A stretch of 34,444 nucleotides of DNA from NCBI GenBank assembly GCA_964501805.1, contig CAZCVB010000001.1:1-34444 (forward strand), written 5' to 3'. A program made the translations under genes and the position numbers. The notes under the pieces were generated by a model. The model was not told the origin of the DNA, made no database searches, and saw only the letters and a list, made by a program, of their open reading frames with translations. This DNA comes from an uncultured Desulfobacteraceae bacterium (GTDB taxonomy: Bacteria; Desulfobacterota; DSM-4660; Desulfatiglandales; Desulfatiglandaceae). Of the stretch, positions 1 through 8,761 are shown piece after piece. Each line of letters starts with the position of its first letter. Position 1 is the stretch's first letter.

Positions 1-9
1 CATTCGACG

Positions 10-70
10 AGGCGATTGGCCCATCAAGCTATCGCCTTGAGGCGATAGTAGTTTACTTTTTATTTTTTAT
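10..70 (+). other. Two mutually exclusive hairpins followed by a T-rich tract. Possible plus-strand terminator of a gene left of the window.
   Basis: AGGCGAT (10-16) pairs with ATCGCCT (31-37). Alternatively ATCGCC (31-36) pairs with GGCGAT (41-46) with loop TTGA. TTTACTTTTTATTTTTTAT follows at 52-70. GAGGCGAT is directly repeated at 9-16 and 39-46. Confidence 0.35.
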
Positions 71-121
71 ATTCGCATGTTAGAATAATAAGTTAACTTT
101 TTACATTACGTTATGGAGCGC

Positions 122-1537
122 TCAGAGGCGCTTCACCCGGATCATGTTGGTGGTGCCCGCCACCCACACGGGATGGCCCGCGGTGATCACCACCACGTCG
201 CCCTTTGAAAGGATACCGGTCCGCAGCGCGGAGCGGGCCGCCTTTTCGAACATGTCGTCCGTGTCCCTCGGGTCGGACACCAGCCTCGGAATGCATCCCC
301 ATACCAGCGAGAGGCGGCGCACGGTCCTGGGCAGCTGGGAAAGGGCGATCACCGGCTGGCGCGGGCGGTACCTGCAGATATACCCGGCGGTCATGCCGGA
401 CTGGGTCGTGGCCACGATGGCCGCGGCGTGCAGGTGATCGGCCAGTACGCAGGAGGCGTGGGCCACCGATTCGGAGACATCTTCGGCCGGCATGAGCTTG
501 AGGTATTTTCCATGGGGGAATCCCTCTTCCGCCTGTTTTATGATCTCGGCCATGTATTTCACGGCCTCCAGGGGGAACGATCCGCTGGCGGTCTCCTCCG
601 ACAGCATGACGGCGTCCGTCCCGTCCAGGACCGCATTGGCCACGTCCGTGGCTTCGGCCCGGGTGGGGCGCGGGGAGTCCACCATGGAGCGCAGCATCTG
701 CGTGGCGGTGATCACGGGCTTCCCCAGCATGTTGGCCTTCCGGATCAGTTTTTTCTGGACCAGCGGGACCTCGGCCAGGGGGATCTCCACACCGAGATCG
801 CCCCGGGCCACCATGATGGCGTCGGAGGCCGCGATCACCGCGTCCATGTTTTTAACCGCCTCGTGTTTCTCGATCTTGGCGATGACCGGCGTGTCCTTGC
901 GGTTTTCCCTGATGATCCTTTTTATCTCGCAGATATCGTCTGCCGTTCTCACGAAGGACAGGGCCACGTAATCCACCTCGTTTTCAAGTCCCGTCAGGAG
1001 GTCCCTCCGGTCTTTTTCCGTGAGCGATGGGATGGAGACGGAGCGGGACGGCAGGTTGATGCCTTTCCGGGCCGTGAGGAGTCCGCCGGAGATGACCCTG
1101 CAGCGGATACGCGTGTCTTCCACCCGGGTCACCTTCACTTCCATGTAGCCGTCGGCCAGGAGGAGCGTGTCCCCCGCTTTCACCTGCCTGGGCAGTTCCG
1201 GGTGGGAGAGCGGTATCATGTCGGAGGCGCCTTCGGCGGGCCGGCTCGTGAAGATCACCGTCTTTCCCGTTTCCAGGCGGACGCCCGGCGCGGGGATATC
1301 GCCCACGCGGATCTTGGGCCCGGCCAGGTCCTGCAGGATCGCCACCGGCCGCCCCAGTTCCCCGGCGATGCGCCGGATGGTCCTGATCTTCTCCCGGTGC
1401 TCTTCCGGGGTGCCGTGGGAAAAATTCAGCCGGGCCACGTTCATCCCGTTTTGGATCAGATCCCGGATCATTTCCGGGGAATCGCTGGCCGGCCCGATGG
1501 TACAGACGATCTTCGTTCTTGGAACTGTTCTGTCCAT
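122..1537 (-). CDS. pyk: Pyruvate kinase
   Basis: 471-aa ORF. The N-terminus MDRTVPRTKIVCTIGPAS...MNVARLNFSHGT and the full-length layout are typical of pyruvate kinase. GGAGG/GGAGA lies upstream of the ATG. Confidence 0.95.
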   Translation of the reverse strand: MDRTVPRTKIVCTIGPASDSPEMIRDLIQNGMNVARLNFSHGTPEEHREKIRTIRRIAGELGRPVAILQDLAGPKIRVGDIPAPGVRLETGKTVIFTSRPAEGASDMIPLSHPELPRQVKAGDTLLLADGYMEVKVTRVEDTRIRCRVISGGLLTARKGINLPSRSVSIPSLTEKDRRDLLTGLENEVDYVALSFVRTADDICEIKRIIRENRKDTPVIAKIEKHEAVKNMDAVIAASDAIMVARGDLGVEIPLAEVPLVQKKLIRKANMLGKPVITATQMLRSMVDSPRPTRAEATDVANAVLDGTDAVMLSEETASGSFPLEAVKYMAEIIKQAEEGFPHGKYLKLMPAEDVSESVAHASCVLADHLHAAAIVATTQSGMTAGYICRYRPRQPVIALSQLPRTVRRLSLVWGCIPRLVSDPRDTDDMFEKAARSALRTGILSKGDVVVITAGHPVWVAGTTNMIRVKRL

Positions 1538-1595
1538 TTCTCCTCGCTTTCACCTCCCCGGCCGCGCCCCGGGCGCCGTCCGGCAAACGGAGGTT

Positions 1596-3047
1596 TCAAT
1601 AAAGACCGTATTTCTTGATCTTGAGCCCGAGGGTCTTGCGGTTGATGCCCAAGATGTCCGCGGCCCGGGTCTTTTTACCCTTTGTGTGGCGCAGGACGAA
1701 GCGGATGTATTTCTTTTCCAGTTCCTCGAGGGTGAGCGGTTCTTCCGAGAACATCTGGAATTCCCCCTGCCGCTGGGAGATGAAGGCGGGCAGGTCGATG
1801 GCGCGGATAACGTCCGTGTCTTCGAGGATCAGGATGCGTTCGATGGTATGTTCCAGCTCTCTCACGTTTCCGGGCCACGCGTACTCGGTGAGGATTTCCA
1901 TGGCCTCCCGGGTCAGCTCCGGCACCGGTCTCTTGAGCCTTGCGCAGCATTTTTCAAGAAAATGGTTGATGAGGAGCGGGATGTCGTCTTTGCGTTTCCT
2001 GAGAGGAGGAAGATGAATGGGAACCACGCTGAGACGGTAGAACAGGTCCTCCCGGAAATGACCCGAATGCACCCGTTTCTCGAGGTTCTTGTTGGACGCG
2101 GATATGATCCGGATATCCAGCTTGATCTTTCGCTGGTCCCCCACCTTCATGAACTCCCGTTCCTGAATGACCCGCAGGAGCTTGGCCTGGATCTTCAGGC
2201 TCAGGTTCGAGATTTCGTCGAAAAAGAACGTGCCGTGATTGGCCAGTTCGAAAAACCCGTGCTTGGTCTGGTGGGCGCCGGTGAAGGAACCCTTGACATG
2301 GCCGAAGAGCTCGCTCTCCAGCAGGGTTTCCACCAGGGACGAGCAATCGACCGCGACGAATTCCCTGTTTTTCCGGAGGCTGTTGGCATGGATGGCGCGG
2401 GCGATGAGCTCTTTTCCGGTGCCCGATTCCCCGGTGATCAGCACCGTGCTGTCGGTGGGGGCCACCTTGAGGATCTTTTCGAATATCCGCCGCATGGGGC
2501 GGCTCTGGCCGATAATGAGATGGCGGGTGGACTCGATTTCCAGTCCGTTTGCGCGGGCCGCGGTTCTTTCGGAAAGGGTGGGGCGGGTGTCGATCTTTTT
2601 CAGCGCGGTGTCCAGATCGTCCAGGCGGAACGGCTTGACGAGATAATCCACCGCCCCCAGCTTGATGCAATGGACCGCGGAGTCGATGGTGGGATACCCG
2701 GTGATCATGATCACGGCCGCCTCCGGGCGGCGGACGCGGATCTTCCGGAGGGCGGAAATACCGTCCATGTCCGGCATGCGGATATCCAGGAGGACGAGAT
2801 CGAAAGGGCGCTTCTCCAGCAGGTTCAGTGCCTCCATGCCGGTCCCCGCCGTGCGCACGTCCATCCCTTTTTTTTCAAGCACCCGTTGAATGCCGTTTCT
2901 GACGACCGCTTCGTCGTCCACCACCAGCACGCGGGATATTCCGCCGGGAACGGGATCGTCGTCGATGGGCCTGTTGTGATGCAATGTCGTACCTTTCGGC
3001 TGACGGTGTTCCTGCCCGGAGAGGAGCGGCCCCGGGCCGGCGCTCAA
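1596..3047 (-). CDS. Sigma54-dependent response regulator (NtrC family: REC + AAA+ + Fis-type HTH)
   Basis: REC motifs are VLVVDDE and DLVLLDIRMPDMDG. Walker A is GESGTGKE. The sigma54-contact loop is GSFTGA. The C-terminal HTH is RAADILGINRKTLGLKIKKYGL. The start is uncertain: the TTG at 3047 overlaps the upstream stop, and in-frame TTG 2984 or GVG-type GTG 2930 would remove an odd 21-39 aa extension. Confidence 0.9.
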   Translation of the reverse strand: MSAGPGPLLSGQEHRQPKGTTLHHNRPIDDDPVPGGISRVLVVDDEAVVRNGIQRVLEKKGMDVRTAGTGMEALNLLEKRPFDLVLLDIRMPDMDGISALRKIRVRRPEAAVIMITGYPTIDSAVHCIKLGAVDYLVKPFRLDDLDTALKKIDTRPTLSERTAARANGLEIESTRHLIIGQSRPMRRIFEKILKVAPTDSTVLITGESGTGKELIARAIHANSLRKNREFVAVDCSSLVETLLESELFGHVKGSFTGAHQTKHGFFELANHGTFFFDEISNLSLKIQAKLLRVIQEREFMKVGDQRKIKLDIRIISASNKNLEKRVHSGHFREDLFYRLSVVPIHLPPLRKRKDDIPLLINHFLEKCCARLKRPVPELTREAMEILTEYAWPGNVRELEHTIERILILEDTDVIRAIDLPAFISQRQGEFQMFSEEPLTLEELEKKYIRFVLRHTKGKKTRAADILGINRKTLGLKIKKYGLY

Positions 3048-4519
3048 CCGCTGATGACGGGCAGAAGGATCCGGAACGTGGTACCCCCGTCCAGGACGCT
3101 TTCCACGTCGATGGTGCCCTGATGGGCGTCGATAATCCCCTTTACAATGGCAAGGCCGAGGCCGGTTCCCATGACCTGGCGCGTCTTGGGATGTTTCACC
3201 CGGTAGAACTTGTCAAAGATCTTGGGGAGTTCTTCCGGGGGGATGCCCACGCCCGTGTCCGAAACCCTGATTTCCATGTATTCGCCCAGGCCCCTGGCCG
3301 TTACCGTGACCGAACCGCCTTCGGGGGAGTAATTAATGGCATTGCTGATCAGGTTGTTGAAGATTTCCTCCATGTTTTTCGGATCCGCCTGCACCGGCTT
3401 GAGATTTTCAAGGGAAGCGGTGAGGGTGATGCCCTGCTGCCGGGCGCGGGGGGTCATGAGGGCCACCATGTCTTCGATGATCTTCCCGATATCCGTCGGC
3501 ACCTGCCTCTGCACGTATTTTCCCGCCTCTATCTTGGCCACGTCCAGGAGATCGTTGATCAATTCCAGGAGGGAGTCGATCTTTTTCATTCCCCGCCGCA
3601 CGAAGTCCTCCTGTTTCTCGGCCAGGGGACCGGCAAGGCCCTCGGCCAGCACGCTGTTCAACTGTCGGATGGAAACCAGCGGACTCCGGAGTTCATGGGC
3701 CACCATGTTGACGAAATCCGATTTCATCTGGTCCAGCTGTTTGAAGGCGGTGATGTCCTCGAGCACGGTCACGGTCCCTGAAATATCGCCGTCGGGCCCG
3801 AGCGTGGGGGCGGAGATGGCCCGCAGGACGTTCTTTCCCGCCACGATTTCCTGGGAGATGGACTCGTCCCTGGCGCAGTCGCCGCGCTGGATCTGTTCCA
3901 GCGTCTTTATCAGGGTTTGATCACTCAGGACGTCGGTCACGGGGGCGGGATTTTCGATCTCCTCGGATATCTCCAGGAGCCGCATAAAGGCGGGATTGTA
4001 AAGAACCAGTTCCAGGTTGCGGTTGGTCACCATGACGCCGTTGGCCATCCGGTTGATAATGGTCCTCATGCGGCTTTTTTCAAGGCCGAGATCATAGAGG
4101 TTCCGGATGTTTTCCTCCTCGAACAGCCGGGCCTTCTTTTCCAGGCGCCGTTTTTCGGCCGCGCGCTGCACGGTCATGAGAAACTGATCGATCTGAAACG
4201 GCTTGGTGATAAAATCGTAGGCCCCGCTTTTCATACATTCCACGGCCGTATCAACGGTCCCGTGTCCCGTGATGATGATCACCGGGATATCCGGGTATTC
4301 CCTGCGGGTGATTTCAAGGACCTGCTCCCCGGACATGACCGGCATTTTCAAATCCAGGAGAATGATGTCCACCGGGCGGCCCGCCAGCAGGTCGACGGCC
4401 GCCTGCCCGTTTTCGGCCGTGAGGACCTCGTAGCCTTTTCCCGCGAGGACCCGGTTGCAACCCTCCCGTACCGCCTTTTCGTCGTCCACCACCAGAACGC
4501 TGGCCTTTTCTTCCATCAT
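3044..4519 (-). CDS. Hybrid response-regulator/histidine kinase (N-terminal REC, PAS, HisKA, HATPase)
   Basis: REC motifs are VLVVDDEKAVREG and DIILLDLKMPVMSG. The H-box is AHELRSPL. The ATPase G-boxes are DTGVGIP and GTGLGLAIVKGIIDAHQGTIDVES. Its ATG overlaps the upstream kinase stop (ATGA). Confidence 0.9.
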   Translation of the reverse strand: MMEEKASVLVVDDEKAVREGCNRVLAGKGYEVLTAENGQAAVDLLAGRPVDIILLDLKMPVMSGEQVLEITRREYPDIPVIIITGHGTVDTAVECMKSGAYDFITKPFQIDQFLMTVQRAAEKRRLEKKARLFEEENIRNLYDLGLEKSRMRTIINRMANGVMVTNRNLELVLYNPAFMRLLEISEEIENPAPVTDVLSDQTLIKTLEQIQRGDCARDESISQEIVAGKNVLRAISAPTLGPDGDISGTVTVLEDITAFKQLDQMKSDFVNMVAHELRSPLVSIRQLNSVLAEGLAGPLAEKQEDFVRRGMKKIDSLLELINDLLDVAKIEAGKYVQRQVPTDIGKIIEDMVALMTPRARQQGITLTASLENLKPVQADPKNMEEIFNNLISNAINYSPEGGSVTVTARGLGEYMEIRVSDTGVGIPPEELPKIFDKFYRVKHPKTRQVMGTGLGLAIVKGIIDAHQGTIDVESVLDGGTTFRILLPVISG

Positions 4520-6483
4520 GCATCCAGTCCTATGAAAACGGGTTCATCCATTTCCGGTTCCGCCGTGCCGGAAAGCCGGAGCGGGAGCTCGATGATAAAC
4601 GTGGTACCGCCCCCGGGGGGGCATTCAAACGTAATGCTTCCCCCGTGGAGTTCAACGATGTTCTTGGAAATGCTCAGGCCCAGGCCGGTCCCTTTTCCCA
4701 CCTCCTTGGTGGTGAAAAAGATGTCGAAGATCTTGTCACGCAGGGCCTCGGGTATGCCGGGACCCGTGTCCGAGACCTTCAGGATGAAGCGGCCGTCATC
4801 AGCGTTGTAGTCGCAGGTGATGCGCAGTTTTCCTTTTCCGTCCATGGCATGGGCGGCGTTGATGAAGAGATTGGTGAAGACCTGCTGCAGCTGTCCCATG
4901 TCTCCCACCATCTGCGGGATGTCCCGGTCGATCCTTGTCGAGACCTGGATGTTCTGGAACAGGGCCTGGTGGATCAGCAGGTTCAGGCACTGGTTGATCA
5001 ACCGGTGGAGACTGAAGGAGGAGGTTTTCCCGATGGACTGGCGGCTGAATTCCAGGAGCTCGGAGACGATTTTCTTGCACCGGAGGGTCTGGTCGATGAT
5101 CTCCTGGACGTCTTTGATGTGTTCCGGCCGGCCGGAGAGGGCCTCCTTGAGAAGTTCCGCGTAGATCAGGACACCGGAAAGGGGATTATTGATCTCGTGC
5201 GCCACGCCGGCCGCCATCCTTCCGACCGAGGCGATTTTTTCCGACTGGACCAGCTGAAGATGGGCCTCTTCAAGGTCTTTGCGCATCTTGAGTATCTCGC
5301 GCATGTCGGTGAAGATGCCGACGCTTCCGGTCTCTTTTCCGTCGATAATGATAAGCGAGGCCGTCAGGGTCACCGGGATCTCTTCGCCGCCCTTTGTCTT
5401 GACCGACATGGCCGTGGGATTCAGCTTTCCGGGGGGACCGTACCGGTCGCTCCGCATCTTTTTCATGTTTTCCCTGGCGACATCCATGTCGTAGAAGCTT
5501 TCCAGGTGCCCATGTTCCATGATTTCCCGGGCCGAGTAACCGGTCAGGTTTTCCATGCCCTCGTTGAAGATGAGCACGTTTCCCCTGGTGTCCACCACCA
5601 CGATCCCGTCCACCGTGCTCTGGATGACGTTTTGAAAAAAGACGTTGGATTTCCGCGCCTCCCGCTCGAGCCGGATCCGGTCGGTACCGTCCCTGGACAC
5701 CTCCACCAGTTGAAGGACTTCTCCCTTTTCGTCCAGCATGGGCGACACCGTGATGACATCGAAACAGACGTCTCCGTTCTCACGGGCATATTCGTGGATC
5801 GTGCTCACGGTCCTGCGGGTTCTCAGGACCTGCTCGAAATAGCAGGTCTTTCCGCTCTCCCCGCAGGGCCGGTCGAGGCCGTAGCGTATCCGGTAGCAGG
5901 GGCGGCCCAGGACATCTTCCCGCCGGATGTTCATGTACTGGAGAAAAGGCTCGTTGACCATGCTGATGGTCATGTCGCGGTTGACCACCATCAGGCGGTA
6001 GGGGAGGGAATCCAGGACCGTCTGCGTATGTTTCTTTTCCCGTTCCAGCTGCCGCTGGTGTTCGATCTCCAGCCGGGCCTTTTCCGATTGCATCTGGATC
6101 AGGTCCCACAGGAATCTCGCGCCCCGGTGGTCCATGATGGAAATATGCGAGGGGGTGGAGCGAAACAGTGCCTGCCGGAGCTTTTCCGATCCAGTCAGCT
6201 CGATAATGAGATTGACACCCTCAAGGTCGTACAGTTTCCTGAAATCGCCGGTCACGAACAGGCCGCGTTTTTCCGCTTCCACCAGGCCGGGTGCCTCGGG
6301 ATCAACATCCGCAACCCCCAGGATTTTCATATTGAGGGTGGAGAGCCGGTCCGTATCCACGATCCGGAGGAGATTGAAGCAGGCCCTTCCGCCCCCGACG
6401 ATGGCCACGTTGAGCGGTTTTTGGGCCTCCTCTCCGCGGATCAGCTGCGTAAAATGCTCCTGGTTGTGGTTGAGGGCGGTCAA
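4516..6483 (-). CDS. Soluble sensor histidine kinase: N-terminal Rossmann-like domain, two PAS domains, HisKA, HATPase
   Basis: The H-box is AHEINNPL. The G-boxes are DTGPGIP and GKGTGLGLSISKNIVELHGG. I saw no hydrophobic TM segments. The N-terminus NVAIVGGGRACFNLL...ILGVADVDPEAPG...VNLIIELTG looks like a Gfo/Idh/MocA or homoserine-dehydrogenase type NAD(P) fold. The track ORF extends to a TTG at 6576 and overlaps the upstream ORF. TTG 6483 has GGAG 6 nt upstream and avoids the overlap. Confidence 0.85.
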   Translation of the reverse strand: MTALNHNQEHFTQLIRGEEAQKPLNVAIVGGGRACFNLLRIVDTDRLSTLNMKILGVADVDPEAPGLVEAEKRGLFVTGDFRKLYDLEGVNLIIELTGSEKLRQALFRSTPSHISIMDHRGARFLWDLIQMQSEKARLEIEHQRQLEREKKHTQTVLDSLPYRLMVVNRDMTISMVNEPFLQYMNIRREDVLGRPCYRIRYGLDRPCGESGKTCYFEQVLRTRRTVSTIHEYARENGDVCFDVITVSPMLDEKGEVLQLVEVSRDGTDRIRLEREARKSNVFFQNVIQSTVDGIVVVDTRGNVLIFNEGMENLTGYSAREIMEHGHLESFYDMDVARENMKKMRSDRYGPPGKLNPTAMSVKTKGGEEIPVTLTASLIIIDGKETGSVGIFTDMREILKMRKDLEEAHLQLVQSEKIASVGRMAAGVAHEINNPLSGVLIYAELLKEALSGRPEHIKDVQEIIDQTLRCKKIVSELLEFSRQSIGKTSSFSLHRLINQCLNLLIHQALFQNIQVSTRIDRDIPQMVGDMGQLQQVFTNLFINAAHAMDGKGKLRITCDYNADDGRFILKVSDTGPGIPEALRDKIFDIFFTTKEVGKGTGLGLSISKNIVELHGGSITFECPPGGGTTFIIELPLRLSGTAEPEMDEPVFIGLDA

Positions 6484-6529
6484 CTTTTTCTCCGGTTGCG
6501 TCCCCGGCCGCCGTCCGCGGGAATGCGGG

Positions 6530-6778
6530 TTATTTGCCCAGACGAGCCGCGACCTTTTGCTGCATGTCGCTGACAATGGTCCTGAACGCGGGACCTCCCT
6601 TGACGGGACCTGAACGGTTCCATCCTTTCCGGAGGGCCTCTTCCTTTTTTTCCTTGAATTGTTGGAGGCTGGTGGCCATGGACTCCCAGGCGAACAATTT
6701 CTGGAGGATGTGGCGTTCCGCCGCGCTCAGGTCCCTGTCCGTATCAAATGTGAGCCCGTTCCTGGTGGTGATGATCAT
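6530..6778 (-). CDS. Hypothetical 82-aa protein, first gene of the signalling operon
   Basis: ATG start with GGGGAG upstream. G/C-biased third positions. No family recognised (MIITTRNGLTFDTDRDLSAAERHILQKLFAWE...). Confidence 0.5.
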   Translation of the reverse strand: MIITTRNGLTFDTDRDLSAAERHILQKLFAWESMATSLQQFKEKKEEALRKGWNRSGPVKGGPAFRTIVSDMQQKVAARLGK

Positions 6779-6856
6779 GTGCTCCCCGACCGGCCTTCAA
6801 TCCATTTTTGTTGCAAGAAAGGAGACAGAACAAAACGGTGGCGGACATCGGGGTAT

Positions 6857-6886
6857 ATATTATGGAAAATCCCGGGGGGAATTCAA
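6857..6886 (-). promoter_or_regulatory. Candidate sigma70 promoter for the 82-aa ORF/kinase operon
   Basis: The minus strand reads TTGAAT (6886-6881), an 18-nt spacer, then TAATAT (6862-6857). It lies about 80 nt upstream of the ATG at 6778 in an AT-rich patch. Confidence 0.35.
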
Positions 6887-6887
6887 G

Positions 6888-6927
6888 AAAAAAAGCCCGC
6901 GGAGCGGCGGCGTGCCGCTCCGCGGGC
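6888..6927 (-). terminator. Rho-independent terminator of the hdrA-mvhD-metV-metF operon
   Basis: A perfect 14-bp stem, GCCCGCGGAGCGGC (6895-6908) with GCCGCTCCGCGGGC (6914-6927), has a 5-nt loop. On the minus strand it is followed by a T7 run (A7 at 6888-6894). It begins 28 nt after the metF stop. Confidence 0.85.
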
Positions 6928-6955
6928 CGGTTGGACCGGAAGAAACAGGGAGGGA

Positions 6956-7888
6956 TCAGAACGACGGCCTGGGCAGGACCCCCGCCTGTTCGGCGATTTC
7001 AGGGACCTTGTGTTCCCATTCGATGGCCATCATGTGGACGCCCGCCACACCTTCCATTTCCTTGAATTCCTGGATCTGCTCCACCGCGAAATTGATCCCC
7101 TCCTGGGCGACCTTTCCTTTTCCGGCCCCCTGGAGCCGCTTGATCAGTGAATCGGGGACATCCATTCCCGGGACGGACTTGGCCATGTACCGGGCCATAC
7201 CGACGCTTTTCATGGGGGTGACGCCCGCCAGGATATAGCATTTTTCATGAAGTCCCATATCCACGACCTGCTTCATGAATTCCCTGAACCTGTCCATGTT
7301 GTAAATGCACTGGGTCTGGATGAAATCGGCGCCCGCCGCGATTTTCTTCGCCAGGCGATGCACCCGGAATTCAAACGGCTCCGCAAAAGGGTTGGAAGCC
7401 GCGCCGATAAAGAGCTTCGGCGGAACGTCGATGTCCTGGCCGTTCAGGAATTTCCCTTCGTCACGCATGGTCCTGACCGTGTGAATCAACTGGATGGAGT
7501 CGATATCAAAGACGTTCTTGGCTTCGGGATGGTTTCCGAATTTCTGGTGGTCGCCCGAGAGGCAGAGCATGTTGCGGATGCCGTGCGCGCTGACCCCGAG
7601 GATATCGCTCTGGATCGCCAGGCGGTTCCGGTCGCGGCACACCATCTGGAAGTTCGGTTCAAGGCCTTCCTGAAGAAGGATCAGGGATGCGGCCCAACTG
7701 GACATCCGGACCACGGCCGTCTGGTTGTCGGTGACGTTTACCGCATCGACGCAACCCTTCAGATGGCCCGCCTTTTCCTTCAGGACCTCCACGTTGGCCC
7801 CCTGCGGAGGCCCGCATTCGCCGGTAAAGGCAAACTGTCCGGATCGAAGTACCTTTTCGAGATTGCTCTCCGATTTATAGTCGTTCAT
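6956..7888 (-). CDS. metF: Methylenetetrahydrofolate reductase, MetF (acetogen/anaerobe type)
   Basis: 310-aa ORF with N-terminus ...LRSGQFAFTGECGPPQG... and VNVTDNQTAVVRMSS. Its ATG overlaps the metV stop by 4 nt. The context with metV supports the call. Confidence 0.9.
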   Translation of the reverse strand: MNDYKSESNLEKVLRSGQFAFTGECGPPQGANVEVLKEKAGHLKGCVDAVNVTDNQTAVVRMSSWAASLILLQEGLEPNFQMVCRDRNRLAIQSDILGVSAHGIRNMLCLSGDHQKFGNHPEAKNVFDIDSIQLIHTVRTMRDEGKFLNGQDIDVPPKLFIGAASNPFAEPFEFRVHRLAKKIAAGADFIQTQCIYNMDRFREFMKQVVDMGLHEKCYILAGVTPMKSVGMARYMAKSVPGMDVPDSLIKRLQGAGKGKVAQEGINFAVEQIQEFKEMEGVAGVHMMAIEWEHKVPEIAEQAGVLPRPSF

Positions 7889-8553
7889 TTGACCAGTTCC
7901 TCCCTGATGAATTGTCTGGGGCCGCCGTCCCGGGCCGTTGCCCAGCTTTTGGGCGGTTTGAACTCAACGAGTTCTTCGAGACGGCCCTGAGCCATCATCT
8001 TCCTGACGATAATATCCCATATGCAGTCCACATCCTTGGAAATCTCGCACTTCCCGTGATTGCTGCCGCCGCAGGGACCGTTCAGGAGACTCTTGGAACA
8101 CCTGGCGATGGGGCAGATACCGCCGAAATAGTGGACCACGCACTGACCGCATCCGGCGCACCTTTCCGACCAGACGCCGTGCTCGACGGCGCCGCCCATG
8201 AATTTTGTATTGACGCCTGGAAAGACCCGGGCCTCAGGATACCTCTCTGAGAGAAACTGCGGTCCCACGCCGCAGGCAAGGGATATGACGGCGTCATAAT
8301 CGCCGATCATGTCTTTCAGTTCATCCACGTATTCCGGATCGCACTGTCGTTCCAGGGTATGTTCGCCCACCCGGATCTCCCGTCCCTGTTTTCGCGCGGC
8401 GATCTTCAGTGTCGATGCCAGGATCCCCACTTCCTTGGAACCGCCCACATTACAAACGGTGACACAGCCCTTGCATCCCACGACAAGGATGCTGCCCAGA
8501 CCCTTCACCATCTCCAGCAGTTCACTCACGGGTTTCGGTTCTGCTACAATCAT
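7885..8553 (-). CDS. metV: MetV, Cys-rich MTHFR C-terminal-domain protein
   Basis: 222-aa ORF with VVGCKGCVTVC, CAGCGQCV and the LLNGPCGGS motif characteristic of MTHFR_C/MetV proteins. GAGGT SD upstream. Confidence 0.85.
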   Translation of the reverse strand: MIVAEPKPVSELLEMVKGLGSILVVGCKGCVTVCNVGGSKEVGILASTLKIAARKQGREIRVGEHTLERQCDPEYVDELKDMIGDYDAVISLACGVGPQFLSERYPEARVFPGVNTKFMGGAVEHGVWSERCAGCGQCVVHYFGGICPIARCSKSLLNGPCGGSNHGKCEISKDVDCIWDIIVRKMMAQGRLEELVEFKPPKSWATARDGGPRQFIREELVK

Positions 8554-8761
8554 GATGTTATACCTCGCAGCATGTTAAGGTTGGCGGCTTTTCAAAAGGT
8601 CATCCCGCGCTTCGTCCGGCAGGGCACCGTCTCCGTCATTCCGTTTTTATCGAAACGCCGTTTCCGCATGGATGACCGGAAGATCGGGTCCCACCGCCGC
8701 GGGCCGTCCGTTCGCTGAAACGTCAGGGGCCTGCGGCCGGCGCGCCCTCCCGCGGCCGTGG

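Noticed and set aside
428-1618. 396-aa plus-strand ORF antisense to pyk, and the similar ORFs at 1167-3122 and 984-1586
   Set aside because: It fully overlaps a confidently identified gene on the other strand. The product is Gly/Arg/Pro/His-rich low-complexity sequence, typical of stop-free antisense frames in GC-rich DNA.
4645-6573. 642-aa ORF antisense to the sensor kinase
   Set aside because: This is the same GC-rich antisense artefact, with no recognisable motifs. The opposite strand has clear HisKA, HATPase and PAS motifs.
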